Shown in pieces: positions 42,035 to 49,765 of a DNA stretch of 63,459 bases (the first letter of the stretch is position 1; each line of letters begins with the position of its first letter). The position numbers and the translations under genes were made by a program. This DNA comes from an uncultured Candidatus Saccharibacteria bacterium (GTDB lineage: Bacteria; Patescibacteriota; Minisyncoccia; Phycocordibacterales; UBA2100), in assembly GCA_964437185.1 (NCBI GenBank), contig CAYTFU010000006.1, positions 1 through 63,459 of the forward strand, given 5' to 3'. A model generated the notes under the pieces. The model searched no databases and was not told the DNA's origin. It saw nothing but the letters and a program-made list of their open reading frames with translations.

Positions 42035-44401
42035 ATGCCGACCATGCTCGAAAAGTCACTGCGCTTTTTCGTCTTGGGGGCAATTTTTTCTCTCACGCTC
42101 ATACCGTTCATCGTTGCCGAGACCTTCTTCTTTCCGTACATAACGGGCAAGAATTTCGCCTTCCGAATCATCGTAGAGATCATGGCGGGGGCGTGGATCG
42201 TGCTCGCCCTCCTCAATCCGTCCTACAGGCCACGACGTTCGTGGGTACTTACCGCGTTTACCGTCTTCGTGCTAGTCATCGCGCTTTCAAACGCACTCGG
42301 CGCGTACCCATTCAAAAGTTTTTGGAGTAATTACGAACGCATGGATGGATGGGTGACGCTCGCGCACCTTCTCACCTATATCTTCGTGGCCGCGTCTACG
42401 ATAGCGAGTGAGGGCTTGTGGCGCCGCTTGTTTCAGACGTCTCTCGGGCTTTCAGCCTGCGTGTCGATTTACGGCTTTCTTCAGGTTATTGGCGTCGTAG
42501 GGATAGGAAACGGCGTTGTGGCCGGACTCACCGCGCGTATCGATGGCACATTTGGAAATCCGATATACCTCGCGGCATTCATGCTCTTCCAGGTATTTAT
42601 TGCTGCCCTCCTCATCGCGCAGTCTGGGAAAAAAGAATGGAATTCCATCGAGCGGACGACAGTAGCCCTCTTTGCTCTCATTGTGACGGCTATTTTCGCG
42701 GGGATTCTCAAAAAGGCCGAAGTTGGGTGGCATCCGTACGCAGCGCTCGTAGCGTGGGATGCGATCGTGATGTGGCTCATGTTTTTCCGTCAGACATACG
42801 TTCTGTCATTTGTGCTCATTCTCAATGTCGCCACACTCCTCCTCACGAGTACGCGCGGTACCATCCTCGGGCTCCTCGGTGGCTCCGTTCTCGCCGCGTT
42901 GCTCGTAGCCTTTTTTGAACGACCACGCGCGGGCATTCGATCGTCTTCCGTGCCGTGGCGGGTGGCCGTAGGCTACCTCGTTTGTATCGTAATCGCTGCC
43001 GGGGTTTTCTTTGCTGCCCGTTCTAGTCCGTTTATGCAACAGATTGGTTTCTTGGGTCGGCTTTCCACTATTTCGCTTCAGGAGAATGGTACGAAGGCTC
43101 GCCTCATCAACTGGTCCACAGCGTGGGAGGGAGTCAAAGAGCGTCCGGTACTCGGATGGGGGCAGGAGAATTTTGCGCTCGTCTTCGACAAATATTACGA
43201 CCCTCGGATGTACGCACAAGAGCCGTGGTTTGACCGCGTGCACAATATAATCTTCGACTGGCTCGTTGCGGGTGGTTTTGTGGGACTCCTCAGTTACCTA
43301 TCCATCTTCGCCGCTGCGCTCGCAGCTCTTTGGTCGCGCGCCTTCACACGCGTCGAGGCAAGTATTCTCACGGGGCTACTCGCCGGCTACTTCTTCCACA
43401 ACTTTTTCGTCTTCGACAACGTGACGAGCTACATGCTTTTCGGCATGGTGATCGCGTATATTGCGTGGCGCAGCTCCGCGCACACTAACGAGCCGCCACT
43501 CTGGCGAAAGAATATTCCGCAGAGTGCGGTGTGGATCGTCGCTGTCGGTGTTGTGGCGGTCACCTGGACCCTCGTATATTGGGCAAACATGGGAGCAATC
43601 GCACAAAACAAGGCGCTCATTCAGGCGATCATCCCGCAGCAGGGAGGCGCTGCGAAAAATCTTGAAATCATGAACTCATCAATCGCGTACGGGACCTTTG
43701 GCACGCAAGAAGCTCGTGAACAGTTGACTCAGCTTGCGGCTCGCGTCGCAAATAGTCCGGAAGTTGATCCCATCCAAAAGAAAGCGTTTTATGAAGCCGC
43801 TGTCGCTGAAATGACGCAACAGGAACGCGAATCTCCGCTCGACGCGCGTTTTCCGCTCTTTATCGGCATCGTTCACAACTCCTTCGGCAATTACGCAGCG
43901 GGCGCTGAAGCACTTCGACGTGCGCTCAAGAATTCACCCGGAAAGCAATCTATTCTCTACGAAATCGCCAACAACGCGCAAGCACGAGGCGACATCCCTG
44001 CCGCCCTCGCCGCCCTCAAAGAAGCGCATGAGGTGGAGCCTGCAAACTCCAAGGCCCGCATTCTTTACGCTACCGTACTCATTCAGACGGGAAGAAGCGC
44101 AGAGGCAGATCCCATCCTTGCCCCCATCATTCCTACGGGCGAAGCGGCTGATAGGAGCATTTTGTCGGCGTATCTCGCGGGTAAGCAGTACAATAAGATT
44201 GCTGTCGTTTGGGAGGGGAAAGTAAAAGCGTCGCCCGAGGATTCGCAGGCGTACTTCACGCTTGCAGCTGCGTACTACGGGAGTGGTGACACTACAAAGG
44301 CAATCTCGACACTCGAAGCAGCCTCCAAAATTTCTCCCGAAGTCGCCGCCCAAGCAGCGCAATTCATCCAGCAGGTAAAGAATGGTACGGTTCAGATCTA
44401 A
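42035..44401 (+). CDS. O-antigen ligase/polymerase-like (Wzy_C) membrane protein with C-terminal TPR repeats
   Basis: ~12 TM helices. LLTSTRGTILGLLGG Wzy_C-type loop motif. The C-terminal ~250 aa form periodic A/L/Y-rich TPR-like repeats (EALRRALKNSPGK.., ALKEAHEVEPANS.., AYFTLAAAYYGSGD). Confidence 0.65.
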   Translation: MPTMLEKSLRFFVLGAIFSLTLIPFIVAETFFFPYITGKNFAFRIIVEIMAGAWIVLALLNPSYRPRRSWVLTAFTVFVLVIALSNALGAYPFKSFWSNYERMDGWVTLAHLLTYIFVAASTIASEGLWRRLFQTSLGLSACVSIYGFLQVIGVVGIGNGVVAGLTARIDGTFGNPIYLAAFMLFQVFIAALLIAQSGKKEWNSIERTTVALFALIVTAIFAGILKKAEVGWHPYAALVAWDAIVMWLMFFRQTYVLSFVLILNVATLLLTSTRGTILGLLGGSVLAALLVAFFERPRAGIRSSSVPWRVAVGYLVCIVIAAGVFFAARSSPFMQQIGFLGRLSTISLQENGTKARLINWSTAWEGVKERPVLGWGQENFALVFDKYYDPRMYAQEPWFDRVHNIIFDWLVAGGFVGLLSYLSIFAAALAALWSRAFTRVEASILTGLLAGYFFHNFFVFDNVTSYMLFGMVIAYIAWRSSAHTNEPPLWRKNIPQSAVWIVAVGVVAVTWTLVYWANMGAIAQNKALIQAIIPQQGGAAKNLEIMNSSIAYGTFGTQEAREQLTQLAARVANSPEVDPIQKKAFYEAAVAEMTQQERESPLDARFPLFIGIVHNSFGNYAAGAEALRRALKNSPGKQSILYEIANNAQARGDIPAALAALKEAHEVEPANSKARILYATVLIQTGRSAEADPILAPIIPTGEAADRSILSAYLAGKQYNKIAVVWEGKVKASPEDSQAYFTLAAAYYGSGDTTKAISTLEAASKISPEVAAQAAQFIQQVKNGTVQI

Positions 44402-44457
44402 CGAATTTGATGATGAACGAGGAGGATGGGAAAAAATTCCTGGCACCTTTTCAAGCC

Positions 44458-44589
44458 CTCGGTTAACAAAAGCAAACCACTTGGTACGATGAGTTGGATG
44501 GAACGTATGGTCGAACGATTCAAGCTGCAGGGGACTCTTCGAGGGCGTGGTAGACCGAAAGCATGAAAAGGTACCTGACACCATTTCCT
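44458..44589 (+). pseudogene. Dead 3' fragment of a RAYT transposase gene plus one flanking REP-like unit
   Basis: 132 bp identical by eye to nt 45863-45994 (last ~36 codons, stop, then GGTACCTGACACCATTTCC). No upstream transposase coding sequence. Confidence 0.8.
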
Positions 44590-44604
44590 CACCATTTCCT
44601 TCGC

Positions 44605-44973
44605 ATGAATTTCACCAATAATCTCTCAAACCGATTTTTCGGGGAAATATACGCAACGATCAATCGGTATACCGGCCTTTTTGAGCGAGCAATATCCGAG
44701 AAGAAGATCGACGGCCTCTGGATGGACGATATCGATCAGGCTGCGTACAAAACTCTTATCGAAGCAAATCTATCTACTGATGAGGTGCAAGCTATCAAGC
44801 ACTTACTGGGGTCAGTATCTCAAGGTGTAGTTCATTCGCTATTCGTTTCAATTGACGGCGGTACCGCTCTTTCAGATGAGGGCAAGGCGCTGGAGCTCAT
44901 TGATAGGAAAAATGGGCAACCTCTCACCAACGGGGCACTACACGAAGATTTTATTGATTTTGTCGAAAGATAA
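44605..44973 (+). CDS. Hypothetical cytoplasmic protein
   Basis: The ORF is trimmed to the ATG at 44605, because the listed start at 44563 lies inside the transposase-remnant repeat. No recognisable motif. Confidence 0.4.
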   Translation: MNFTNNLSNRFFGEIYATINRYTGLFERAISEKKIDGLWMDDIDQAAYKTLIEANLSTDEVQAIKHLLGSVSQGVVHSLFVSIDGGTALSDEGKALELIDRKNGQPLTNGALHEDFIDFVER

Positions 44974-45098
44974 AGTTGGGGGGCGTCACCCCATCCAACA
45001 ACACCCCAAACATCCACCACCCTTTGTTACAATAACCCCGTGACCTACAAACTCCTCGCTCTCACGCTCGTCGTTTCCTTCTTTTTCTCACCCGTCGG

Positions 45099-45272
45099 GA
45101 TAATGGTGTCAGTGGGATAATGGTGTCGGATAATGATAATGGTGTCAGGTACCATACTTTTGTAAAACAGAAGTCGTTCATCTTGCTACAATAACCCTGT
45201 GGATAATGGTGTCAGGATAATGGTGTCAGGTACCATTAATGTTTGGCAGATAATGGTGATAATGGTGTCAGG
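45099..45272 (+). repeat. Left array of at least 6 copies of the 15-nt motif GATAATGGTGTCAGG, several extended into hairpins
   Basis: Copies start at 45099, 45116, 45135, 45202, 45216 and 45258. Hairpins include TAATGGT-GTCAGGT-ACCATTA and TAATGGTG-TCAGG-CACCATTA. Confidence 0.85.
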
Positions 45273-45302
45273 CACCATTAATGTTTGATATGATCAGTGC
45301 GT

Positions 45303-45971
45303 ATGGGCCGAGCACCGCGCGTAGATGTTGGCAATGAGGTCTATCACATCGTAAATCGTGCAAACGGACGACGATCTATCTTCTCTACTCCCGACGAATA
45401 TCGTCATTTTGAAATGCTCTTGAAAGAGGCGGTCGAGAAATTCAACATGCGCCTCCTTGCGTACGTACTCATGCCCAATCACTGGCATCTACTCGTGTAT
45501 CCTCGCGGCGACGGAGACCTATCCCTCTTCATGCAATGGCTCACCCTCACACATACCCAGCAGTACCACGTCTGGAAGAAAACGACAGGCCACGGCCACA
45601 TATATCAAGGTCGATACAAGTCTTTTCTTGTCGAGAAGGATACCTACCTGGTAACGGTCACTAAGTACATCGAACGCAATCCTGTGCGGGCAAACTTAAC
45701 TCGAACTGTCGAGGCGTGGCGATGGGGAAGCGGATATCGACGTTTGGAAGGGACGAGAAAAGAGCAGTCCCTGCTTTCTGATCCACCCACCGACCTCCCA
45801 CGTAACTACCGAAGCTGGGTCAACACCCCCGACAAAGACGAAGATCTACAACAAGTACGTCTCTCGGTTAACAAAAGCAAACCACTTGGTACGATGAGTT
45901 GGATGGAACGTATGGTCGAACGATTCAAGCTGCAGGGGACTCTTCGAGGGCGTGGTAGACCGAAAGCATGA
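45303..45971 (+). CDS. REP-associated tyrosine transposase (RAYT; IS200/IS605-like Y1 HUH transposase)
   Basis: YHIVNRANGRRSIF..LLAYVLMPNHWHLLV with the HUH motif at nt 45480-45488. ..GHIYQGRYKSFLV..KYIERNPVRANL carries the catalytic Tyr region. The ATG is at 45303. Confidence 0.8.
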   Translation: MGRAPRVDVGNEVYHIVNRANGRRSIFSTPDEYRHFEMLLKEAVEKFNMRLLAYVLMPNHWHLLVYPRGDGDLSLFMQWLTLTHTQQYHVWKKTTGHGHIYQGRYKSFLVEKDTYLVTVTKYIERNPVRANLTRTVEAWRWGSGYRRLEGTRKEQSLLSDPPTDLPRNYRSWVNTPDKDEDLQQVRLSVNKSKPLGTMSWMERMVERFKLQGTLRGRGRPKA

Positions 45972-45974
45972 AAA

Positions 45975-46110
45975 GGTACCTGACACCATTTCCTTCCATT
46001 TCCCTGAAAAAGGTACCTGACACCATTTCCCCTCTGACACCATTTCCCCTGACACCATTTCCCTGACACCATTTCCCACCATTTCCTCTAACGAAAATGT
46101 ACCTGACACA
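45975..46110 (-). repeat. Right array of ~6 copies of CCTGACACCATTTCC (reverse complement GGAAATGGTGTCAGG), inverted relative to the left array
   Basis: Copies at 45975, 46012, 46034, 46048 and 46062. Partial copies at 46077 and 46099. The shared core is AATGGTGTCAGG(TACC). Confidence 0.85.
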
Positions 46111-46158
46111 TCTTCCTCTTCTCAAGGTAATCAATTTGCTGATAATGGGGATTAAGCT

Positions 46159-46467
46159 ATGAACTATCTCTTTGCGACGGTATTGGCACTAGCGGGCGTC
46201 GGAATTCTCATCCGGAACAAGACTCTCGCCGAAAGGCTCGGTGCATTTTATGCACGTCGTTATAGTGCCACTTTTGGAAAGTCCGCACGTTTTCTCGGCT
46301 TGGACAACCCCAACACCTCGTTAAATAAGTTCATGTACAGAGGATTTATAATTACCGCTGGAATCATTCTGCTGATATTTGCCCTCGCCGCGTTTATGGG
46401 AACGAACTTTGTCGGGCCATCCGCAGAGACAGTGGTGTCAACAGGTGCCATTTTGAGGGGAGAATAG
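46159..46467 (+). CDS. Small membrane protein (2 TM helices), hypothetical
   Basis: MNYLFATVLALAGVGILI and FIITAGIILLIFALAAFMG hydrophobic helices. 102 aa. Confidence 0.45.
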   Translation: MNYLFATVLALAGVGILIRNKTLAERLGAFYARRYSATFGKSARFLGLDNPNTSLNKFMYRGFIITAGIILLIFALAAFMGTNFVGPSAETVVSTGAILRGE

Positions 46468-46561
46468 AGAGGTGCTTGCATAGGCTTAAGAGGGTGCTAA
46501 AATTCCCTTGTGAGTGCCACACATCCGTGTGCAGTGTGGTTCGATTGAAAGTCGCATAGAT

Positions 46562-46589
46562 CCCGCCGAAAGGCGGGGTTTGTGTTTCT
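46562..46589 (+). terminator. Terminator-like GNRA hairpin
   Basis: CCCGCC-GAAA-GGCGGG followed by GTTTGTGTTTCT. It lies 95 nt downstream of the nearest stop codon. Confidence 0.4.
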
Positions 46590-46690
46590 GGATGTGTTGT
46601 TGAGTTGCAACACGGTGTGAGGATGATACGCTTTGCATGTGGGGCATTGTGTGGAGGGCGGCGGCACTCACATATGACTTTCACTTTGGA

Positions 46691-46720
46691 GCTCGCACCC
46701 GTCCTCCGCAAAGTGCCTCA
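46691..46720 (+). repeat. 30-bp direct repeat, copy 1 (GCTCGCACCCGTCCTCCGCAAAGTGCCTCA)
   Basis: Perfect match to 46849-46878. It is embedded in a hairpin CACTTTG..CAAAGTG. Confidence 0.8.
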
Positions 46721-46848
46721 TACTCAAAACATCGAATATAAAGTTTGTTTTCTTAATCCAAAGTGCGAAGGGGGTCGGGGAAACTGTAGTTTCCCCGTGG
46801 AGGAGATACTTAAGAACCGAGAGGTTCTTAAAGCGAAGCTCTTTGCGT

Positions 46849-46878
46849 GCTCGCACCCGTCCTCCGCAAAGTGCCTCA
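46849..46878 (+). repeat. 30-bp direct repeat, copy 2
   Basis: Perfect match to 46691-46720. It is embedded in a hairpin CTTTGCG..CGCAAAG. Confidence 0.8.
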
Positions 46879-47093
46879 CAGAATTTCTCAAACCATTTTT
46901 CTAAGTTGAGAAGAGCAAGAAAAATATTTTTAAAAAAACTTTTCTGTGAATTTTTTTGTGTGCGAAGTTATCCACATTCTCGCGTTACAAATGCTATTCA
47001 CATGCATCAGAGTGCAATAATGATTCTGTAGTCGCATCTTCGCGTGCATACGCAAGTGCGGGTCGAGCTTACCACTCAATAAAAAAAATTTTT

Positions 47094-47138
47094 ATGGCAG
47101 CAAAAAAGAAGAAGGCGAAGGCAAAGAAGCGCCGATAG
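47094..47138 (+). CDS. 14-codon Lys/Arg-rich micro-ORF (MAAKKKKAKAKKRR); coding status uncertain
   Basis: ATG at 47094, TAG at 47136-47138. It is preceded by an A/T-rich tract and followed 12 nt later by a strong terminator. No clear Shine-Dalgarno sequence. Confidence 0.2.
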   Translation: MAAKKKKAKAKKRR

Positions 47139-47150
47139 TGGTTTCAAAAA

Positions 47151-47178
47151 CAGCCCCTCGAAAGAGGGGTTGTTTTTT
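47151..47178 (+). terminator. Rho-independent terminator
   Basis: CAGCCCCTC-GAAA-GAGGGGTTG stem-loop followed by TTTTTT, between the micro-ORF and the secA start. Confidence 0.8.
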
Positions 47179-47245
47179 ATATGGATGCGTCGATCAAACG
47201 TACAGATCAATCGCAAAAGTCTTCATTTTAAGGTACGATGCCACG

Positions 47246-49765
47246 ATGGCATTTTGGAGACGACTTTTGGGTGATGAAAATCTGACAGCTCTGCGAAAGG
47301 CACAGCCGATCGTGGCAGCCACAAATAGCCTCGAGGAGGCTATGAAAGCACTGAGCGACGCTGAGCTTAGGGCAAAGACGACAGAATTTAAGCGACGACA
47401 TGAGAGCGGTGAGTCACTCGATAATATGGCCGCCGAGGCGTTTGCGACCGTTCGAGAGGCAAGCAGGCGAACGCTTGGGCAGCGGCACTTCGACGTGCAG
47501 CTTATCGGTGGGATGATCATGCACCAAGGGGGAATTGCGGAGATGCGCACGGGAGAAGGTAAGACACTCGTCGCGACGCTTCCGGCGTACCTCAATGCGA
47601 TGAGTGGAAAGGGTGTTCATGTGGTCACTGTCAACGATTACCTCTCGCGTCGAGATACCGTGTGGATGGGGCAGATTTACCACGCGCTCGGGCTTTCGGT
47701 GGGCGTGATCAATCACGAGTCGTCCTTTCTTTACGATCCTTCACACGTGTCTTCCGATGCGTTGGCGAAGGAAGATGAGGTCCGCGACAATCTCGGGAGT
47801 TTCAAGGTCATGTACGATTTTCTCCGCCCGTGTACGCGCAGAGAGGCATATGCAGCCGACATAACCTACGGGACCAATAATGAGTTTGGTTTCGATTATC
47901 TCCGCGACAATCTTGAATACGACCCATCCCTCCTTCGTCAGCGACTCCCAAGAGATGGGGGATACAATTTTGCGATTGTCGACGAGATCGACTCAATTCT
48001 GATTGACGAAGCCCGCACGCCCCTCATCATTTCTGCTCCTGTTTCAGACGCCGAGTCCCTCTACGGGCGCTTTACGACAATTGCGGCGAGTCTTATCGAG
48101 GACGAGGACTATACGGTAGAGCGTAAGCATCGGCAGATCGTCCTCAATGACAGCGGTATTGAAAAGGCGGAAAAAGCCCTCGGTGTTGAGAATATTTACA
48201 CGGATGCGGGCATCAAGTTTGTACACCATCTCGAGACGGCGGTACGCGCTCGTGCCCTCTTCGGACGCGACAAAGAGTATGTCGTGAAAGATGGCCAGAT
48301 CATTATTGTTGACGAATCGACGGGCCGCTTACAGCCTGGCCGCCGTTGGAGCGAGGGTCTACATCAGGCGATAGAGGCGAAGGAGGGTGTCGCCATGCAG
48401 CAGGAGTCGCGCACGTTTGCGTCTATTACCTTCCAAAACTACTTCCGACTCTACGGCAAGTTGGCGGGTATGACAGGGACGGCTGCCACCTCGTCTGAGG
48501 AGTTTTACAAAGTCTATGGGCTCAATACGGTCATCGTGCCGACCAACAAGGTGGCGCAGAGAAAGGATCTCGACGACCTCATTTTTCAGACGGAGGCAGG
48601 GAAAATGAAAGCGATTGCGAAGCACGTCGCTACGCTCCATGCGAAGGGGCAGCCGGTGCTTGTGGGTACTGTCTCTGTCGAAAAAAACGAGTTGCTTTCG
48701 GTGTACTTTAAGCAAGAGGGGATTCCGCACGAACTTCTCAACGCCAAAAATCACGAGCGTGAAGGCGAGATCATTGCGCAAGCGGGGAAACGGGGCGCGG
48801 TGGTGATAGCGACCAACATGGCGGGCCGCGGCGTCGACATCAAACTCGGAGGCAATCCTGGGAGTCCAGAAATGTACGAAGAGGTAAAGGGTCTGGGGGG
48901 TCTCTTCGTGCTCGGTACGGAGCGACACGAAGCGCGCCGAATCGACAATCAGTTGCGTGGACGCTCCGGCCGTCAGGGTGATCCGGGAGAGACGCAATTT
49001 TTCGTTTCGCTTGAAGATTCGCTCATGCGCGTATTTGCCTCGGACATGATCAAGCGCGTCATGGGGACCTTTAAGATTCCCGAGGATGAGCCGATTTACA
49101 ATTCTATGATCACACGCTCCCTCGAAAAAGCTCAGACGCGTATCGAAGAGCTCAATTTTGACGCGCGTAAACACGTGCTCGCCTACGACGATATTCTCAA
49201 CATCCAGCGTCAGAGCGTGTACCAGAGGCGCAGAGATCTTCTCACGGGCGATACGAAGACCGTAGAGGATGAGCTGAAGCGCCTCTCGGAGACGGATGTC
49301 GAGCTTGCTTCCACGATTGAGGCAAAGAAGGTGGAAATCGGCGACGCTTTTTACCCCACTGTCCGGCGATTTCTCCTTCAGACTATCGACTACCTATGGG
49401 TGGAGCATTTGGAAGCGATGGAGTATTTACGAAGCTCAGTAAACCTTCGCGCGTACGGACAGCGCGATCCGCTCGTTGAATATAAGAAGGAGGGATTGAA
49501 GTTGTTTCAAACCATGGAAGCATCGTTTGCCGCGCAGGTGGCGCACACACTTCCGCGATTGGCGACAGGTGCCACCACCTCGCTTTCAGAACGAGCCGTT
49601 CAAAAAGCTATTTCCACTATCTCCGCGACAGGAGGTGCCACTCCAAAGACGAATTACGAGCGCAATGATCGGGTGAAAATTACGAATGGGATAGAGACGA
49701 AGGAAATGAAGTACAAAAAAGCGGAGCCTCTGCTTGCGGGAGGGGAGTGGAAGATTGTTGCATGA
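47246..49765 (+). CDS. secA: Preprotein translocase ATPase SecA
   Basis: MAFWRRLLGDEN.., MRTGEGKTLVATLPAYLNA (Walker A), IVDEIDSILIDEARTPLIIS, MTGTA, TNMAGRGVDIKLGG and RIDNQLRGRSGRQGDPGE. Start trimmed to the ATG at 47246, downstream of the terminator. Confidence 0.95.
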   Translation: MAFWRRLLGDENLTALRKAQPIVAATNSLEEAMKALSDAELRAKTTEFKRRHESGESLDNMAAEAFATVREASRRTLGQRHFDVQLIGGMIMHQGGIAEMRTGEGKTLVATLPAYLNAMSGKGVHVVTVNDYLSRRDTVWMGQIYHALGLSVGVINHESSFLYDPSHVSSDALAKEDEVRDNLGSFKVMYDFLRPCTRREAYAADITYGTNNEFGFDYLRDNLEYDPSLLRQRLPRDGGYNFAIVDEIDSILIDEARTPLIISAPVSDAESLYGRFTTIAASLIEDEDYTVERKHRQIVLNDSGIEKAEKALGVENIYTDAGIKFVHHLETAVRARALFGRDKEYVVKDGQIIIVDESTGRLQPGRRWSEGLHQAIEAKEGVAMQQESRTFASITFQNYFRLYGKLAGMTGTAATSSEEFYKVYGLNTVIVPTNKVAQRKDLDDLIFQTEAGKMKAIAKHVATLHAKGQPVLVGTVSVEKNELLSVYFKQEGIPHELLNAKNHEREGEIIAQAGKRGAVVIATNMAGRGVDIKLGGNPGSPEMYEEVKGLGGLFVLGTERHEARRIDNQLRGRSGRQGDPGETQFFVSLEDSLMRVFASDMIKRVMGTFKIPEDEPIYNSMITRSLEKAQTRIEELNFDARKHVLAYDDILNIQRQSVYQRRRDLLTGDTKTVEDELKRLSETDVELASTIEAKKVEIGDAFYPTVRRFLLQTIDYLWVEHLEAMEYLRSSVNLRAYGQRDPLVEYKKEGLKLFQTMEASFAAQVAHTLPRLATGATTSLSERAVQKAISTISATGGATPKTNYERNDRVKITNGIETKEMKYKKAEPLLAGGEWKIVA

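Larger units (their letters stand above)
45099..46110 (+). mobile_element. RAYT gene bracketed by inverted REP-like arrays (REP/RAYT-type unit)
   Basis: Combination of the three features above. This architecture is diagnostic of REP-RAYT systems. Confidence 0.7.

Noticed and set aside
43934-44584. 216-aa minus-strand ORF spanning the TPR region of the Wzy_C gene and the transposase relic
   Set aside because: It is antisense to clear TPR-coding sequence and runs across a repeat junction. The composition is Arg/Ser-rich with no recognisable domain.
45806-46134. Three overlapping minus-strand ORFs (88, 87, 69 aa) with repetitive peptides (GNGVR, EMVSG, KWCQ)
   Set aside because: They are translations of the tandem CCTGACACCATTTCC repeat array and the transposase 3' end. 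The repetitiveness is a DNA-repeat artefact.
46530-46560. tRNA/tmRNA-like T-loop GGTTCGATT
   Set aside because: The flanking bases cannot form a T-stem (GTGTG versus GAAAG). No acceptor stem or CCA context is present.
46691-46878. Possible mini-CRISPR array (two perfect 30-bp direct repeats)
   Set aside because: There are only two repeats, separated by 128 bp, which is far longer than a spacer. No cas genes are in the window. The repeats sit in larger hairpins, so this is more likely a structured RNA or a repeat element.
48359-49174. 271-aa minus-strand ORF inside secA
   Set aside because: It is antisense to a region of secA with multiple canonical motifs. It has no motifs or start context of its own.
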